NCBI GenBank assembly: GCA_977030845.1
Contig: OZ365115.1
Coordinates: 19,840,001-19,904,000, forward strand
Length of the DNA stretch: 64,000 bases
Direction of reading: 5' to 3'
Source of the DNA: Fimbriosthenelais zetlandica
Taxonomy: Eukaryota
Shown: piece by piece, positions 10,506-22,837 of the stretch
How the letters are laid out: each line of letters starts with the position of its first letter
Position numbering within the stretch: position 1 is the stretch's first letter
Notes under the pieces: model-generated
The model's input: the letters and a program-made list of their open reading frames with translations, nothing else
What the model was told of the DNA's origin: nothing
The model's database searches: none
Position numbers and translations under genes: made by a program

Positions 10506-13500
10506 ATTAAATATAAAAAGTAGAAGGCCTACTTTAGAAAACAACGTAGCAGGATCTGTCAATCGCAGAAATAACTGTTCTCACAGCAACACTACCAAAT
10601 TTACATTCAGCAGGGCCATTCTACAGCTTTTGGTAACAAATCAGCCATTTTTAAAGAAAATAATGTTTCAGAATGTCTCAGAATTCTTTTTAACAGGCAT
10701 ATTTTCAGTCTTTAAGCCATATTTTCTTAAAAATTCATAATTAAATGACATAATGCACACCTTTCCTTTCCTTTTAGCTCTAGTTCGTGCACTAACACAG
10801 ACCTAGGCTGAAAATCAGGATGCTCCGTGAGCCTAGCATACTCCTGTATGGCTGTATAAATATTCTGAATAAAAAATAATAATATCCATGATTGAGATAG
10901 TCGAAGCCTGCTCATAATAGAAATGCACGATTCTAACATAATGTTTCTTTAGCAAAATGTAGGCCGTAAATGTCGATATAACCCCGTATATATAAATACC
11001 TTAATCCAGTAAATAAAAGGTGGTTAAAGACCAGTACAGATCGAGTCAGAGGCCCACGATAAGTGAATGGCAGCTTGTGAGGATGTGAGGAGGCGGCTGG
11101 AACGATCAAGATATGAACCAACTGGCGAGCGGGAGCATCAAGTTTACCAGCAGAAAATTGCCAAACAATTCAAAGTATTTCACTTAAAAATGTGGTTTCA
11201 CAGCTTATCTCTTTATGATCATGTTCATGAACTTGAATGCTGCCCAGTTTCCAAAGAAGCTCCCACATGATTTATATACATGTGGACCACCAATGGTGAT
11301 ACTTCAAGACATAATTCATATCCAAAGCAAGGTAAGAGTTAAAAATTCTTTTGGGGATATTCGCTTCCATCTAGTAAACATCAGCAAGATATGTACATTG
11401 CCAGGTAAGTAACCAAGACAACCTCTTGAATCTTACACCAGGCAAATCAATCATGATCCATCAGGATGACGTCACATCCTGGCATCCGACATTTCGACTC
11501 ATAAGTTGGGAATGTTCTTCAGTGAATCATATTCTTTCCCTGATAGGTGGTTTACTATATTTTTCCATGAATAAGACCACTTGTTTTAGACCACAAACTC
11601 ATGACCCTCTACTAAAGGAAGATACCTTCCAACATTTACCAGTCACAGGGGTTGCCAAGGAAACGCCAGAATATACGCATTGGTCACGAGTGGCTCGGTC
11701 AGGAGTGATGAAGTGAAGGAGGAGATATTTTCCCATCTTCACTGAATTTCACGCTGTCAGAAGTCAGAAGCCACGAAAGGAAGATCATTGATCACCCCAT
11801 GGGACCGTCTGGAGGAGTGAACCGATTAGCACTTCCGGTATTCTTTTCTCCAGCTCTTTATTTTTCAAAGCAAAGGTTCTCGATAATTGCTCAAAATTCC
11901 TATATTCCCCCACCAGAATTATATACAAGTATCCCCCTTTGAACTGCTTCCCTTCTTCCCATAAAAAATAAGATAAAGTACAATGAAATATGAAGTAGAT
12001 CTCGAGCTACTTATCTAAAGGAGTCAAAATATGCCCCGACTGCAGCTGCACATCTATAACTTAATATGTGATGAAATAACATGCTTATAGATCCAGCAGG
12101 AATGTGTAGCAGTCTAGACCCTACTCACAGACATTCCCCCTGTCAGTTTTTTCATGACTTATGACAGTTTTTCTCAGGGTGTAGGTTCAGTAGAAAGTAC
12201 ATGATGCAGAGATCAATGGGATGGCGTAGAAAAGAGACATGATCGAGTAGCATTTGAATGGAACATTCGATACACATGTACACATAAACTATCAGAATGT
12301 TTTCTGCTAATAATTAGATTCTTCTTACATAATATTTAAAATGTTTCTGAAGTAAATGCTTTTGGGACTTATTATTTATACTCAGCTCTGAATATAGTGC
12401 TTTCCCTCTGTATAATATTCTGGATAATTATGAGAAAACAAATTTCAGTGGATAAGGGTCGATACCAGGCTCAACAGGTCTGATCTGCCCTTTCAGATGT
12501 TCTTCCCGCGCAGTATGCCAGATGAGACAAGTATCCATGGGAACCTTCCACTGACTCGACGTCTGCACGTGCATGCATTTTTTGAAAACTTACTTTCCTC
12601 TTTGCTTCAAAAGCCTTCTAAACAGTAAGACGATAGCTAACAAATAGACCCTAGGATAGCCTCACTGACAGAGGAGCATATACCTCTTAATGACAAACAC
12701 ACTGCAGGGGGCGATTTAAAGCTGTGATTGATACACAAATGGATGAATTGTGAAATTGATTTATAGGTAATTGCCTTATCAAAGAGATAATTCATTTCGG
12801 ATATGTACCTATGTGAAGTTTGTACTAAATATTAAGGAGTAGATAAAAAAAAGTTTCACATTGAATGCCATTATTTTGGTTCTGCCATATTCTCCTCGAA
12901 TTGAGCATTTGGAGATAGAATAGGAAATTGTGATGACAGTAAACTTGTGATTTGATATAATCATGAGCTAGTATATTAACAAAGCTCGGGTAATAACTAT
13001 GTTTTTCTGAAGAGTATATGGGTATAGGGGTGGAAGACATTTCTCCAGTATCGAATTTTTGTAAGACTTCCCTACGCAATTTGTACGCGAACTTGGGTGG
13101 TATCTAGTTTGGTGTTTAAATATATATAGGGGTCTAGCATTGGCCGTGCTAGGGTGAAATGCTATCTCGAACTAGTATACATGTATGTCTGATATGTTGT
13201 GAGCCGCCCTTCAAGGGCATATAAAAATAGTCCTTTTGGCCACCTCAACAAACCTACACCGAAACAAAAGTAATACATATGTACCTCAGATAGACAAAGC
13301 TATACTACTGGATCTCTTAATTAGTGAATTTTGTTGGAGGGGAGAACCATTGGGAATTTTCCACCAATGTGTTAATCATGTTGGTGAGAGGTGAAGGTTA
13401 AGAGAAGTTTTCAGCTGCTGGGACCAGAGCAGTAGGAGGCTGAGCGTTTGTGTGTATAATAGAACACAGGAGTTGGGCTGCTGCTGCTCACAACTGCTGC

Positions 13501-16389
13501 GGCATCCATATGAATTGGTGCCTCCTCAATGTAGGCACTGTAACCCCCCTCCAACCTCCACACCTCTCCATCTGATTGCCAGAGTCCTGGAAGGGGGCCC
13601 TCTATATTTTCTACCCAATCACTACCTCTTATGTAATGTCATCATAGCAATAATTTTTTTTTTCAGATTCAGATTTTTTTTTTCAGATTCTCCTGAGTTA
13701 GAGAGCTATTACTCCAGAAGCATTCATGTTTAGCTGTGGATTGAAGATGGAAGTATATTTTCAGCTTTTTCTTTTCGTGAGTTGCTCCCTTCCAACACAA
13801 GCGGGGAATTCGCACCAGTCGGGGTTCCCTGATCGCTACATCTGCTACCGCCCTCCTTCTGCTCTTCGTTCCATTCTGCCTCTTTTTTTTCAGGAAGTGC
13901 TCTTCTTTATTTAGATAATTATCTTCTTCCATGGCTATAATGCCAAATTATGACTTGTTTCTCTTACCCTACTTGTATTCATCTTCTCATTCTCTTCCTT
14001 TCCTCCCATTCTCATTCATGTCTTCTCTCCGTAGTATACAAATTATTGTAAGTTTCTTGGCCTACGTATTTAATGGTCCTTTTGTTTTCTTTTGCCTTCC
14101 CTTTTTCAGTATTTACTCCCCTCGTGTCCATATTTGCCTTTTTCATCTTTCGCCATTTTTCCTTATAAACCCCTTCACAATATCCCAATATCCATCCCCT
14201 TGGCTCAGACATACATTCTAAAAGAAGCCTCCACGCTGCGTTCCTACACCTCTCTCTCTGCCCACCCTCGCCTCCTTCCAACCAGCCATGGCATTTCTGC
14301 GATATACAAAAAAAGCCCAAACACTCCGAGAAAAAAAAGAGAGAAAAAAATCCCCTTGCGACCCAGCCCAGCAAAACATGAACCAATTCTTACCTTCAAC
14401 TGACAATTCCAGCTTCCAGCAAAACGTATTCCCTTATGTCAGTGTCCAATTGCCTCTTCTACACCTTATAACTTTCCTCTACGTGAACTTATGGTAATGA
14501 TGCGCGACTATTTCAGTATAGGTCTAAGTTGTGATGGGTTGCAGCTCCTGCTCAGGGTTCACGATCATTCCTCGTGTTGCTCGCTCACCCAGCATATCCC
14601 CCACAAACCACGTGATATGAGATGGTTGCTTGGTTACATGAAAATTTCCCCCAACTGCTGCTGCTACTGCTGCTGCTTCTAATGCAGCTGGAAGCTGCCT
14701 TTCCACCCTAACCTCTCTCTCACCCAAGCTTGATCCTCCAAGTACCAGCTGAAGTCTGGTTGCTATGGCAACCAACTACCCACCTCCTAGAAGAAATGAG
14801 ATGTTGAGGGTGGGTGCCTGCTGCAGCAGGAGAGGAGGAAGGCGGTGGTTGTGGAGGTGTCTGGGGGAGAACTGAGGTGGGAGGAAGGGCGCTCGCCCTG
14901 AAACGATCATTCATGGCTAGGAGTGCACAAGCTGCTCCCCTCCATTGGCCTGCTGGCCTTTGTTGGCCTTCAGACTAACCTTCCCCAGTGTCTACATCTC
15001 TAGAATCCCTTCTTGCTTATCTGTGGTAAATGGTCCTCCAGGGTTAGAAAAAAAAACTTTAGAAAAAAACCTAGCTACTGGTATTTTTCATTGCCATTGA
15101 TTTGTGCAAGAAGGCACCCCTTTCTCCGTGAAAATAAAAACAAAGGTACCCACATTGGTTCTGAGTGCCCGAGCCCCAGGTATTTACCTTGCATTCATGC
15201 CAATGTTTTGTGTCCTAGCTAAGAAACTATAGTCTATATTATGCACATAAGTCTCATCTGCAGAAGATCTTCAGATCCATTGGGATTCTGTTTCCAGAAG
15301 TTCTTCTAGCAGTGATACCCCAATATAAGACTACAGGGGAATCTGTCACACGCAAGCGCTAAATAACTGTTATAAAGACACTTTTATCGCTCCAATTGCT
15401 TAAACTGATGCCCTATTAATTAACATTCATTCAACAGACAAGCTGATTGCAGGTGTTACAGTACTAGTATACTAGGTATACTAGTAGACAGCAGGAGAAC
15501 TAAAGGAAGTACGGTAGCATGTTTAAGCTTGAACACAGAGGGAGCCACAAATCACCTCAATCTCCATGAGAGCAGTTCAGCACCTGCTCAGATACTGATA
15601 TCCAGTAAGTAGCTCACATGCAGTATAGATGTTGACAGATTAGTGACACATCATTATTTGTCAGTCATTATTCTGTTTGTCGGTGTCAGAATTCACGTTT
15701 CACATGAATCAAGACTATACAGGTTTTATGTTATATTTTATCAAATACTAGCTATGATAAATTTTTCTAGGATTTCTTCTTTGAGAAAGAACAAGGGTGT
15801 TTATCACTCTGAGGTACTCATTCACACTGATCATATTGATACTGCTTGTACCGTGCCCTTTTCGTCTGGCTTTCTCTCATCATTATTACAGTCATGTTCA
15901 TTAAAGGCAACCCTAGCCTTAACAATGACCTGACTTCCACTGATGGAATGAAGGAGGGAAACACCCAACACAATCCGAACAGACAGCCAGTCTAGTGAGA
16001 TCGAATTTCATGCTTCTCTCGAGCATGTTCATGCAAGTGCAACACGGCGTCGTCAAGGATACCACCACTGCGTCACATCCGGTCCTTTTCCCTCGGACTC
16101 TGAACAGCAATTTACGTCGTCAGGGGGCCCTGAATGCCTATATAGGCCTACCATACAGGGATACGATCGAACAGCCTTCCTCTCACTATAGTATCCTAAC
16201 CTACCGCCAGACATCCTGGGAAAATGGGGAGCAGTTTGTCAACAGGAAAAGGAAACGGGTCTATATACAGAAGCTGTAGAGTCCCATTGCTCTAGCTGTG
16301 CCGTCTTGAGAAGATAAGAGGCCTAGTCTTAAATTCCTTTGTTCCCTCCACCCATAGATCGACAGTAGGCGTGTGAGGGGATATTTTAC

Positions 16390-16549
16390 CTAGATAGGAT
16401 TTAATTATCGCTCTCGGGGTCGATTTCATGTTTATGTTTCGAGGGTCGATCGAGGAGGAACAGATCTCGAGATACATGTAGACAGAGATACAGAGAAGGG
16501 GAGATTATTGGTAACATAAAGAAGAGAACCATTTGGAAATGGTTCATGT
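16390..16549 (-). other. Candidate exon, possibly spliced to a 56-nt exon at 16260-16205
   Basis: Acceptor AAATTTATTTTTTTAG and donor CTAG|GTAAAA. A 129-nt gap leads to acceptor CTTCTGTATATAG and donor GCG|GTAGGT. The joined frame from ATG 16477 is open but matches nothing I recognise. Confidence 0.25.
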
Positions 16550-16879
16550 CTAAAAAAATAAATTTGATATGAGTCATTAAACGCACATCTATAATTTTCA
16601 TAAAACCTTTGCAGCAATTGTTGTTTTAACAATTAGTCACTCACATATGCATGGATAAGTGTCGTACTCATTAACAAACACAATTTACTGTATCAGCAAT
16701 GAGCTGAAGCTTAGGAGTCAATATTGCTGGACACGACTTACACATTTAGAATTGTGCTAGACCAACACATTGTGTTGTTCGTGCTGACACAGTGGACTGC
16801 TTTGGCCGCACCTCAGGTCGGGGCGTATGTGTCATTAATTTTAAAGGAGGATGCCAATGGTTCACCAAAGTGTAATACT

Positions 16880-17113
16880 ATAGCATTATTCTGCACTATT
16901 TTAATGAACTTCTATGACATACCGGGTATCCTATACATACATGTGTATATATCTTATATGTATATGTAGGCTATTTCATATAATATGGGTACATTTTAAA
17001 AATCACCATTAAAATGTTGATCAAAGTCAAGTCACCTTGAATCATTTAATGCCTAGTATAGCATACTCCGCACTATTTTAATGAACAACTTCTATGGCAT
17101 ATCCTATACATGT
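16880..17113. repeat. Local imperfect direct repeat (X-Y-X') whose middle block recurs at 18978-19070
   Basis: TAGCAT..T.(C/T)GCACTATTTT(T)AATGAAC..TTCTATG.CAT..TATCCTATACAT occurs near 16880 and 17057. The middle block is TAGGCTATTTCATATAATATGGGTACATT...AAGTCACCTTGAATCAT. Confidence 0.75.
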
Positions 17114-17159
17114 TTAGTACACTACTAGCTCGTTTTCATGCACTATACTAGGTTCAATA

Positions 17160-17290
17160 TTTCCCCGTAGTGAACGCACCAGAAGTCGCTCCAGACTGAT
17201 GATGGTGCACTGTAGTCGTTTTACCAGGGTTTGAACCCTCTCCTTCCGTGCCAGAAGCAGGCACGTTACCACTGTGCTATGAAGGTGGCT
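17160..17290 (-). mobile_element. tRNA-derived SINE-like fragment or tRNA pseudogene
   Basis: Minus strand has A-box-like ATAGCACAGTGGTAA, D-stem GCAC/GTGC and B-box-like GGGTTCAAACCC. I could not fold an acceptor stem or canonical anticodon arm. Confidence 0.6.
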
Positions 17291-18848
17291 GTTATACAGG
17301 GTGGGAAATGAGGGTTTTATCTTGAGACTGGCCAAGTGACCTCATTCACCGACCTCCTAGGAGTCACATGGGTGTCCTCAGTAGGTCAGTCTAATATCAA
17401 CCCTCCTCCTGTTTATGTTGCTCCTGGTCCCACCCTCCTATAGTGAGGTGTAAATCCATCACTTGTAACTCATTAAAAGGAGAATTACTCATTGAGATAC
17501 TCCTTTATAATCATTCTGTGTTATGCACACATCGATGGTGGGATGGGATGAATGTGTTATGTCACCATTATAGTCTATATGAAGGCACTGAGGGGGCTTT
17601 GGGATGGTGTAAATATGTCGTAGAGTGAAGGAGGAGTTCACTACTTGCCTACTCATGACACGTAATGCACGACCCCTGTACACCCACCCACCTCCTCCAC
17701 CCTCCTCCACCCTTCCCCTGACTCTCTTACCCCAGATATACCTCTTCCTTCCTCCACTGACCCTGTAGTTGTAATGTGAGTGCATTATTATAATCTCCTA
17801 CTCTACATATTGCAAGTAGAAAACCCTAAAGTATAAGATTATGTAATCAAAGTTAGTTGTATCACTTTCCGTTCCAAATGTAGGGTAATATTTAGGTGAA
17901 AGTAGAAATTGGCATAGAAGAGGTGTCGAAGAACATAAGTCTAATGTGTATAAAGAGCGTGCACTATGTCTTTTCCACTCATTCAGAGAAGGAGGGGTAG
18001 GGAGGAGGGGAGGTGGTAGGAGGTGGGGGAGTCTGGTGATGTGGGGTGCACTATTGAGTTGGTGCTGTAATGGGAATGACATGTTATGCCTGATTATTTC
18101 AGGCCCTCCTTATTACTCTAGTAAGAATTGGTTGTTCCTCCTGGATAAATGAGATAAATAAAGAAACAAAACAATTCTAATGTAGATGTATCCCACAAAC
18201 AGGGAATCAAATCCCATAGAAGTCATGAAATGATTGCATGGAATGAATCCTTGGAATACAAATTAACAATAGTGACCCAATAAGTTATAACCAATCTATG
18301 TAAAAATGAAGGAAGACAATAAGAGTGACCCAGCTGTCTCATGGAAGTCAACGCTAACTAGGCTGCAATGACCCATTATGTTCTGACCAACAGTATACAA
18401 ATGGACGGTATAGTGAATGGTCAGTGGATTTGGAAGCGATAGGGGTCAGATAAGTCGAATGTGTATGAAGGGTGCACTATCACTTTTCTATACAGTGCGT
18501 CACACATTACCTTGGAACCAAGACTGGATACAAACATTGTAACATAGGTGGTAAGTCACTCCGGCCTCTAGGCCGTCGTGACCTCAATAAATGACCTAGC
18601 TCGCATCAGGCGAATCAGGGAGTAACTCTCCCAAAAGACATGCACTGACCTCCTTTTGACTGTCCCTGGAGGAGGTGTGTGTACACAGGGGTATGTTTGA
18701 GTGTATGTTGGGTGGAGCAGGCTGAATGGTGGAGTAGTGGCTACGAATGTGTAGAGGGGACAAATATAGTCAAAAGTCATCAGTTCTAACTCATTACAAG
18801 TTAAAATACTTATCAGTCTTGTCTATTCTAATGTGTGACGTGTACTAA

Positions 18849-18975
18849 ACGCAATAGTGACCTCCACTGAATCCGGTATCGTTCACTATTGCTGACTCAG
18901 CCGCGCGGCCTTCGGCCTTGCGGCTTTATCAGCAATAGTGAACTATACCGGATTCAGTGTCGGTCACTATGGCGT
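18849..18975. mobile_element. 127-bp near-perfect palindromic element with GGCC-TTC-GGCC apex
   Basis: Arms ACGCAATAGTGACC.CCACTGAATCCGGTAT.GTTCACTATTGCTGA..CAGCCGC / GCGGCTTTATCAGCAATAGTGAAC.ATACCGGATTCAGTG.CGGTCACTATGGCGT. No TSD seen. Confidence 0.8.
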
Positions 18976-18977
18976 AA

Positions 18978-19070
18978 ATATCTCATATATATAGGCTATT
19001 TCATATAATATGGGTACATTGTAAAAATCACCACTAAAATTTTGATCAAAGTAAAGTCACCTTGAATCAT
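18978..19070 (+). repeat. Dispersed direct copy of ~16950-17045
   Basis: About 90 bp with few mismatches, directly abutting the palindrome at 18849-18975. Confidence 0.8.
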
Positions 19071-20100
19071 AAATTGAGCTCAATAAAAGCATTATTTTAC
19101 GTCGTACATGTATAATTATATGAGGATTGTGCCAGTCAGGAAGAATTATGTTCCCCTTGGGAAATTAACTTCTTCCACTATTTTGCTCAACATTCCAAGA
19201 GACATTGCAGCAAGGATACAATATAATGAGGAGAAAGGGTGATATATTGTTAAGTTCCATATAAGATTCAGTCACATATGGAACACATCTTTGTAATTTC
19301 ACAATTCAGCGAAACATTTAGTAAATTATCATCGCAGAACACTCACTTTTTCAATTAAGATCCATTTGGGAAAATTTGAGTAGATATAATCATATGAGAA
19401 TTGTTTAGAGTACTAGGCAAATTTCTAATTTAAACAATGAAACAATGTAAATGAAACAGACAGCTCCCTAATAATAATTATTTCTTTGTACATTTTGTAA
19501 TTTTTGTGACACTGGGAGACAATTAAAACCAGCTTCTATTGCTGATGTCTTCCAGTATAAATTTTAAGAAAAAAAAATTACCAATAAAATTATATGAAAA
19601 ATAGGAATTACTAATAAAGTATCATATACAAGATTACGATGGGTTTATCAGATATGAGATGAATTGAAGATAAAATATTATGACTTCTGGGTCCATTCTT
19701 TAGGGACGCCCATGCAATTCCTCCGTAAATGGATGAGGGAGAGCTGACAATGGGAGAGAAGACCACATTGTCTGCCAGTATTGGATCATTGAGGGCATCA
19801 TTACTCAGCCTAATGGTTTTTGCTGGTAGCAGGTGTAAGGAGACAAATACATGAGACTGTCGACTATAATAGGAGAGAAGATAACTGTCTCAGACCATGG
19901 CTAGTTGGAAAGGATCATATATGAGGATAGGTCGCCCCTGGGGGTGAATGGATCAGAGCAATTGTGGACCAGGCGAGCTCTACACTCGGAGATAATATAT
20001 CGGTGCCTACATATATCTTTAACTGTATGTATTTGGCACCAGGAAGAGAATTGTTATCCATTTTCGAAGAGTTTTTATTCATAAGATTCTTTTTAATTCA

Positions 20101-20178
20101 TTTCAAATGTCTAGATTAGTCCCAAAGTACAATTTCAAATGCCTAGATTGATACCCCTAGATTAATCCCAAAGTACAA
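20101..20178. repeat. Imperfect tandem duplication, ~32-bp unit x2
   Basis: TTTCAAATG(T/C)CTAGATTA(G/A)TCCCAAAGTACAA twice; the second unit has an extra CTAGATT block. Confidence 0.7.
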
Positions 20179-21440
20179 ATTCCCAATGACGTCGCTGCCG
20201 TTTAATATCTTTCGCATGAACGACATATCTCTTGGGATATATTCGAACGTCAGTTGACAGCATAGCATATCAAAAACTTTACTTTAAAGATAGAGACATC
20301 CAAACCAACATGCATCAGATAATAGACTGTGGTTGAAGTTGGCCAAGAACAAGTGATCTGAGATACATTGATCAAAATTTTGCGTGCCACCACACATTGT
20401 TGATGGCACGGTTCTCAGTATTAATCCGAATAATCAGAGCTAAGTAATAAGTGTCAGATGTCGACCTCGGCTGTAAAATTCAAATGCCTATTAAATTATG
20501 ATGAACCGGTGCAATATAATTATACCAAACCTTACAATATTAGATACAGGCTTAAACTGTATACAGAATGCTGGTATCAAAGGAAGGGATATTGTTCAGT
20601 AGTATTATAATTGTATAAACATGTCTGAATTGTGATGACTGCGTATACCATGAGACCGCCATAACTCCCTGTCCAAATATCAGCCAGCAATTTCCTGCTT
20701 ATAATTAATCAAGTGTAGGAGCTAGTGGGAATCAAAACAAGCCTCTTTCAGCAAGAATTCCTCACAGCAAGAGATATGGGTGAATCCAGAAGACGAATCT
20801 CTACAACCTCAAAGAGTTTCAGAATCATATATAGTATCACAGGAATATAAGTCATCACTGAATATTTTATTTACTGAAGTTTGTAGTGTTAGTTACTGCT
20901 TCTTTTATTTTTCAGCTGTTTTCAATACTACTCTATTTCAACTTGGTTTCAATTTCAACCGATTTCTTTAAGTGTTTTAAAAAGAGCGATGATTTAGAGC
21001 TAACATTAGTTCCACCACCCCACCTCAGTAGTTCCGACTGGTCCTATGACGTCATGGACCTTCACTTGTGGCATTCATTCAGCAGAGGACATTCAATAAT
21101 TCTGAAGATGTCCGCTGGGCGCCCAGTTACCGAGACACAGGAACCGGAAGTGTAAGGATTGGGATAAAATCTCGATCAGTAAGGGAGCTAAACGACAGTG
21201 AGGATGGCTTGGTATGGGTATTGATTCCTCCAATTTGCTCTCTTTCAGGCAAGTCAGCTATGTATTTTATAGCTGGATTTGTAAAAGAATCAATGGGACA
21301 AATTCAGGAGGAAATTTGACCCGAGAGAATGTCTCTTAGACATACCCTCTTACACTTTAATCTATTATTATAATCACTAATTAAAATTATCAATGTTATT
21401 ATAATCTATTAGCTATTCAAGAAGGCCATTCATCATAGTT

Positions 21441-21503
21441 TATTTCAATAGGAAAATTAGCAATGCTAAGTCTATGGCCAATTTTTGTTTTAAAACAGGC
21501 TCC
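21441..21503 (+). mobile_element. Mini-MITE family F, copy F1 (left TIR degraded)
   Basis: AAATTAGCAATGCTAAGTCTATGGCCAATTTTTGTTTTAAAACAGGCTCC matches copies F2-F5. Confidence 0.7.
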
Positions 21504-21978
21504 AAGAGTTACCTCTTTTCCTAGATAGACCTAGTTCATTCAGAAATACATGTAGGTGAATGGGAATGCTATCTCTAGACAGTATACAACTTGAGCAATA
21601 CTTTTAATAGACTCTTGATACCGATACATTCCCACAAAACCAAAGGCAGGAGCCATCTACAGAGCAGCTGAGTAGAATGAGGTAATTCAAGAGACATCTT
21701 CTCCTTGCCCTCATCCTAAATCCACCCACATTTCCCTACAAGGTTACAATAAATCACATCTTTTATGGTTCACTCATCCCTTCACTCCCCAGCTTTGATA
21801 AAAAAAAAAACTGTGGAATCATAATTTATGATCTCCATCGCCACTGGTCCTGCCAGGAAAAACGATTATTGCTCGTAGAAAACAACGACTGAAGCATGTA
21901 ATCACATTTTAACTGACTCAATTCTCAGTTCTGACTGAATGTGAACACAAAGAATTCATGGGAGAAAGTTATTTAATA

Positions 21979-22383
21979 TGTAACTAGTTTTCATTAAATG
22001 AGTCTAATGTTCCCAAAATGGATTTTGAGTTAGTTGCTTATTCGCATATACATGCAGATCACGAGCGATCCAATGATATATAGCACAAGGAAATGTGAAA
22101 AATATTTCTACATTTAACAAAACTTCAAAAAATAAAACTAGTGACAGCGGAAATTAGAGAAAATATCAATTTCAGACAATTTTCTGTGTAACCGGAAGAA
22201 ATCGTGAAGGGACAACATGCACAAAGTTTAATTTGTCTCAATTTCATTCACAAAAGTATTCAAAACATACATCCTTTTAATGAGAAATTAAGAGGAATAA
22301 GTAGCTTGTATACAAAGCTTTCAGGCCTGTAGCGCTGAATGGCCCGGTGCGACTTTAGACTTATTTCATGAAAACAGCTCACA
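21979..22383 (+). mobile_element. MITE family D, full-length copy D2
   Basis: TIRs TGTAACTAGTTTTCATTAAATGAGTCTAA / TTAGACTTATTTCATGAAAACAGCTCACA, with TA at 21977-78 and 22384-85. Homologous to D1, D3 and D4. Confidence 0.85.
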
Positions 22384-22837
22384 TATAATTTGTTTTTGAT
22401 CGCACTCTCCAACATCCACTATGTCACCCTGTGAGTTAAGGGACCTTCACAGGATAATGTACACAGACCTTTCGGTTCAGTATCCAGGTAAGGACATTAA
22501 ACAGTATATCACCCTTCTCCAGCAAACACAGTGGAGGACATCAAAGCAGAGTTAACAGGACAAACGGCTGAGGAGAATTACATCAAAGAGTTAAACACCA
22601 CTGGTTCAACCAGCTCAGGCTCCGTCCGGCCATCAAACAGGGGCCAGCGATCACCAGTGGCATGCATGGAGAGTAGTGGCAATGGTGGCCCACTCTCTAC
22701 CTCTCCCATCATCGTATATAATTATGTGTATGGTTGGGTGCTGACAATGATATCTCAACTTGGATATGTGACCATTGTTTAGGTCTGGCTTTGATATTCA
22801 AACAGTTTTGTCATTTAATTGTGATTAAAAGGGGTTA

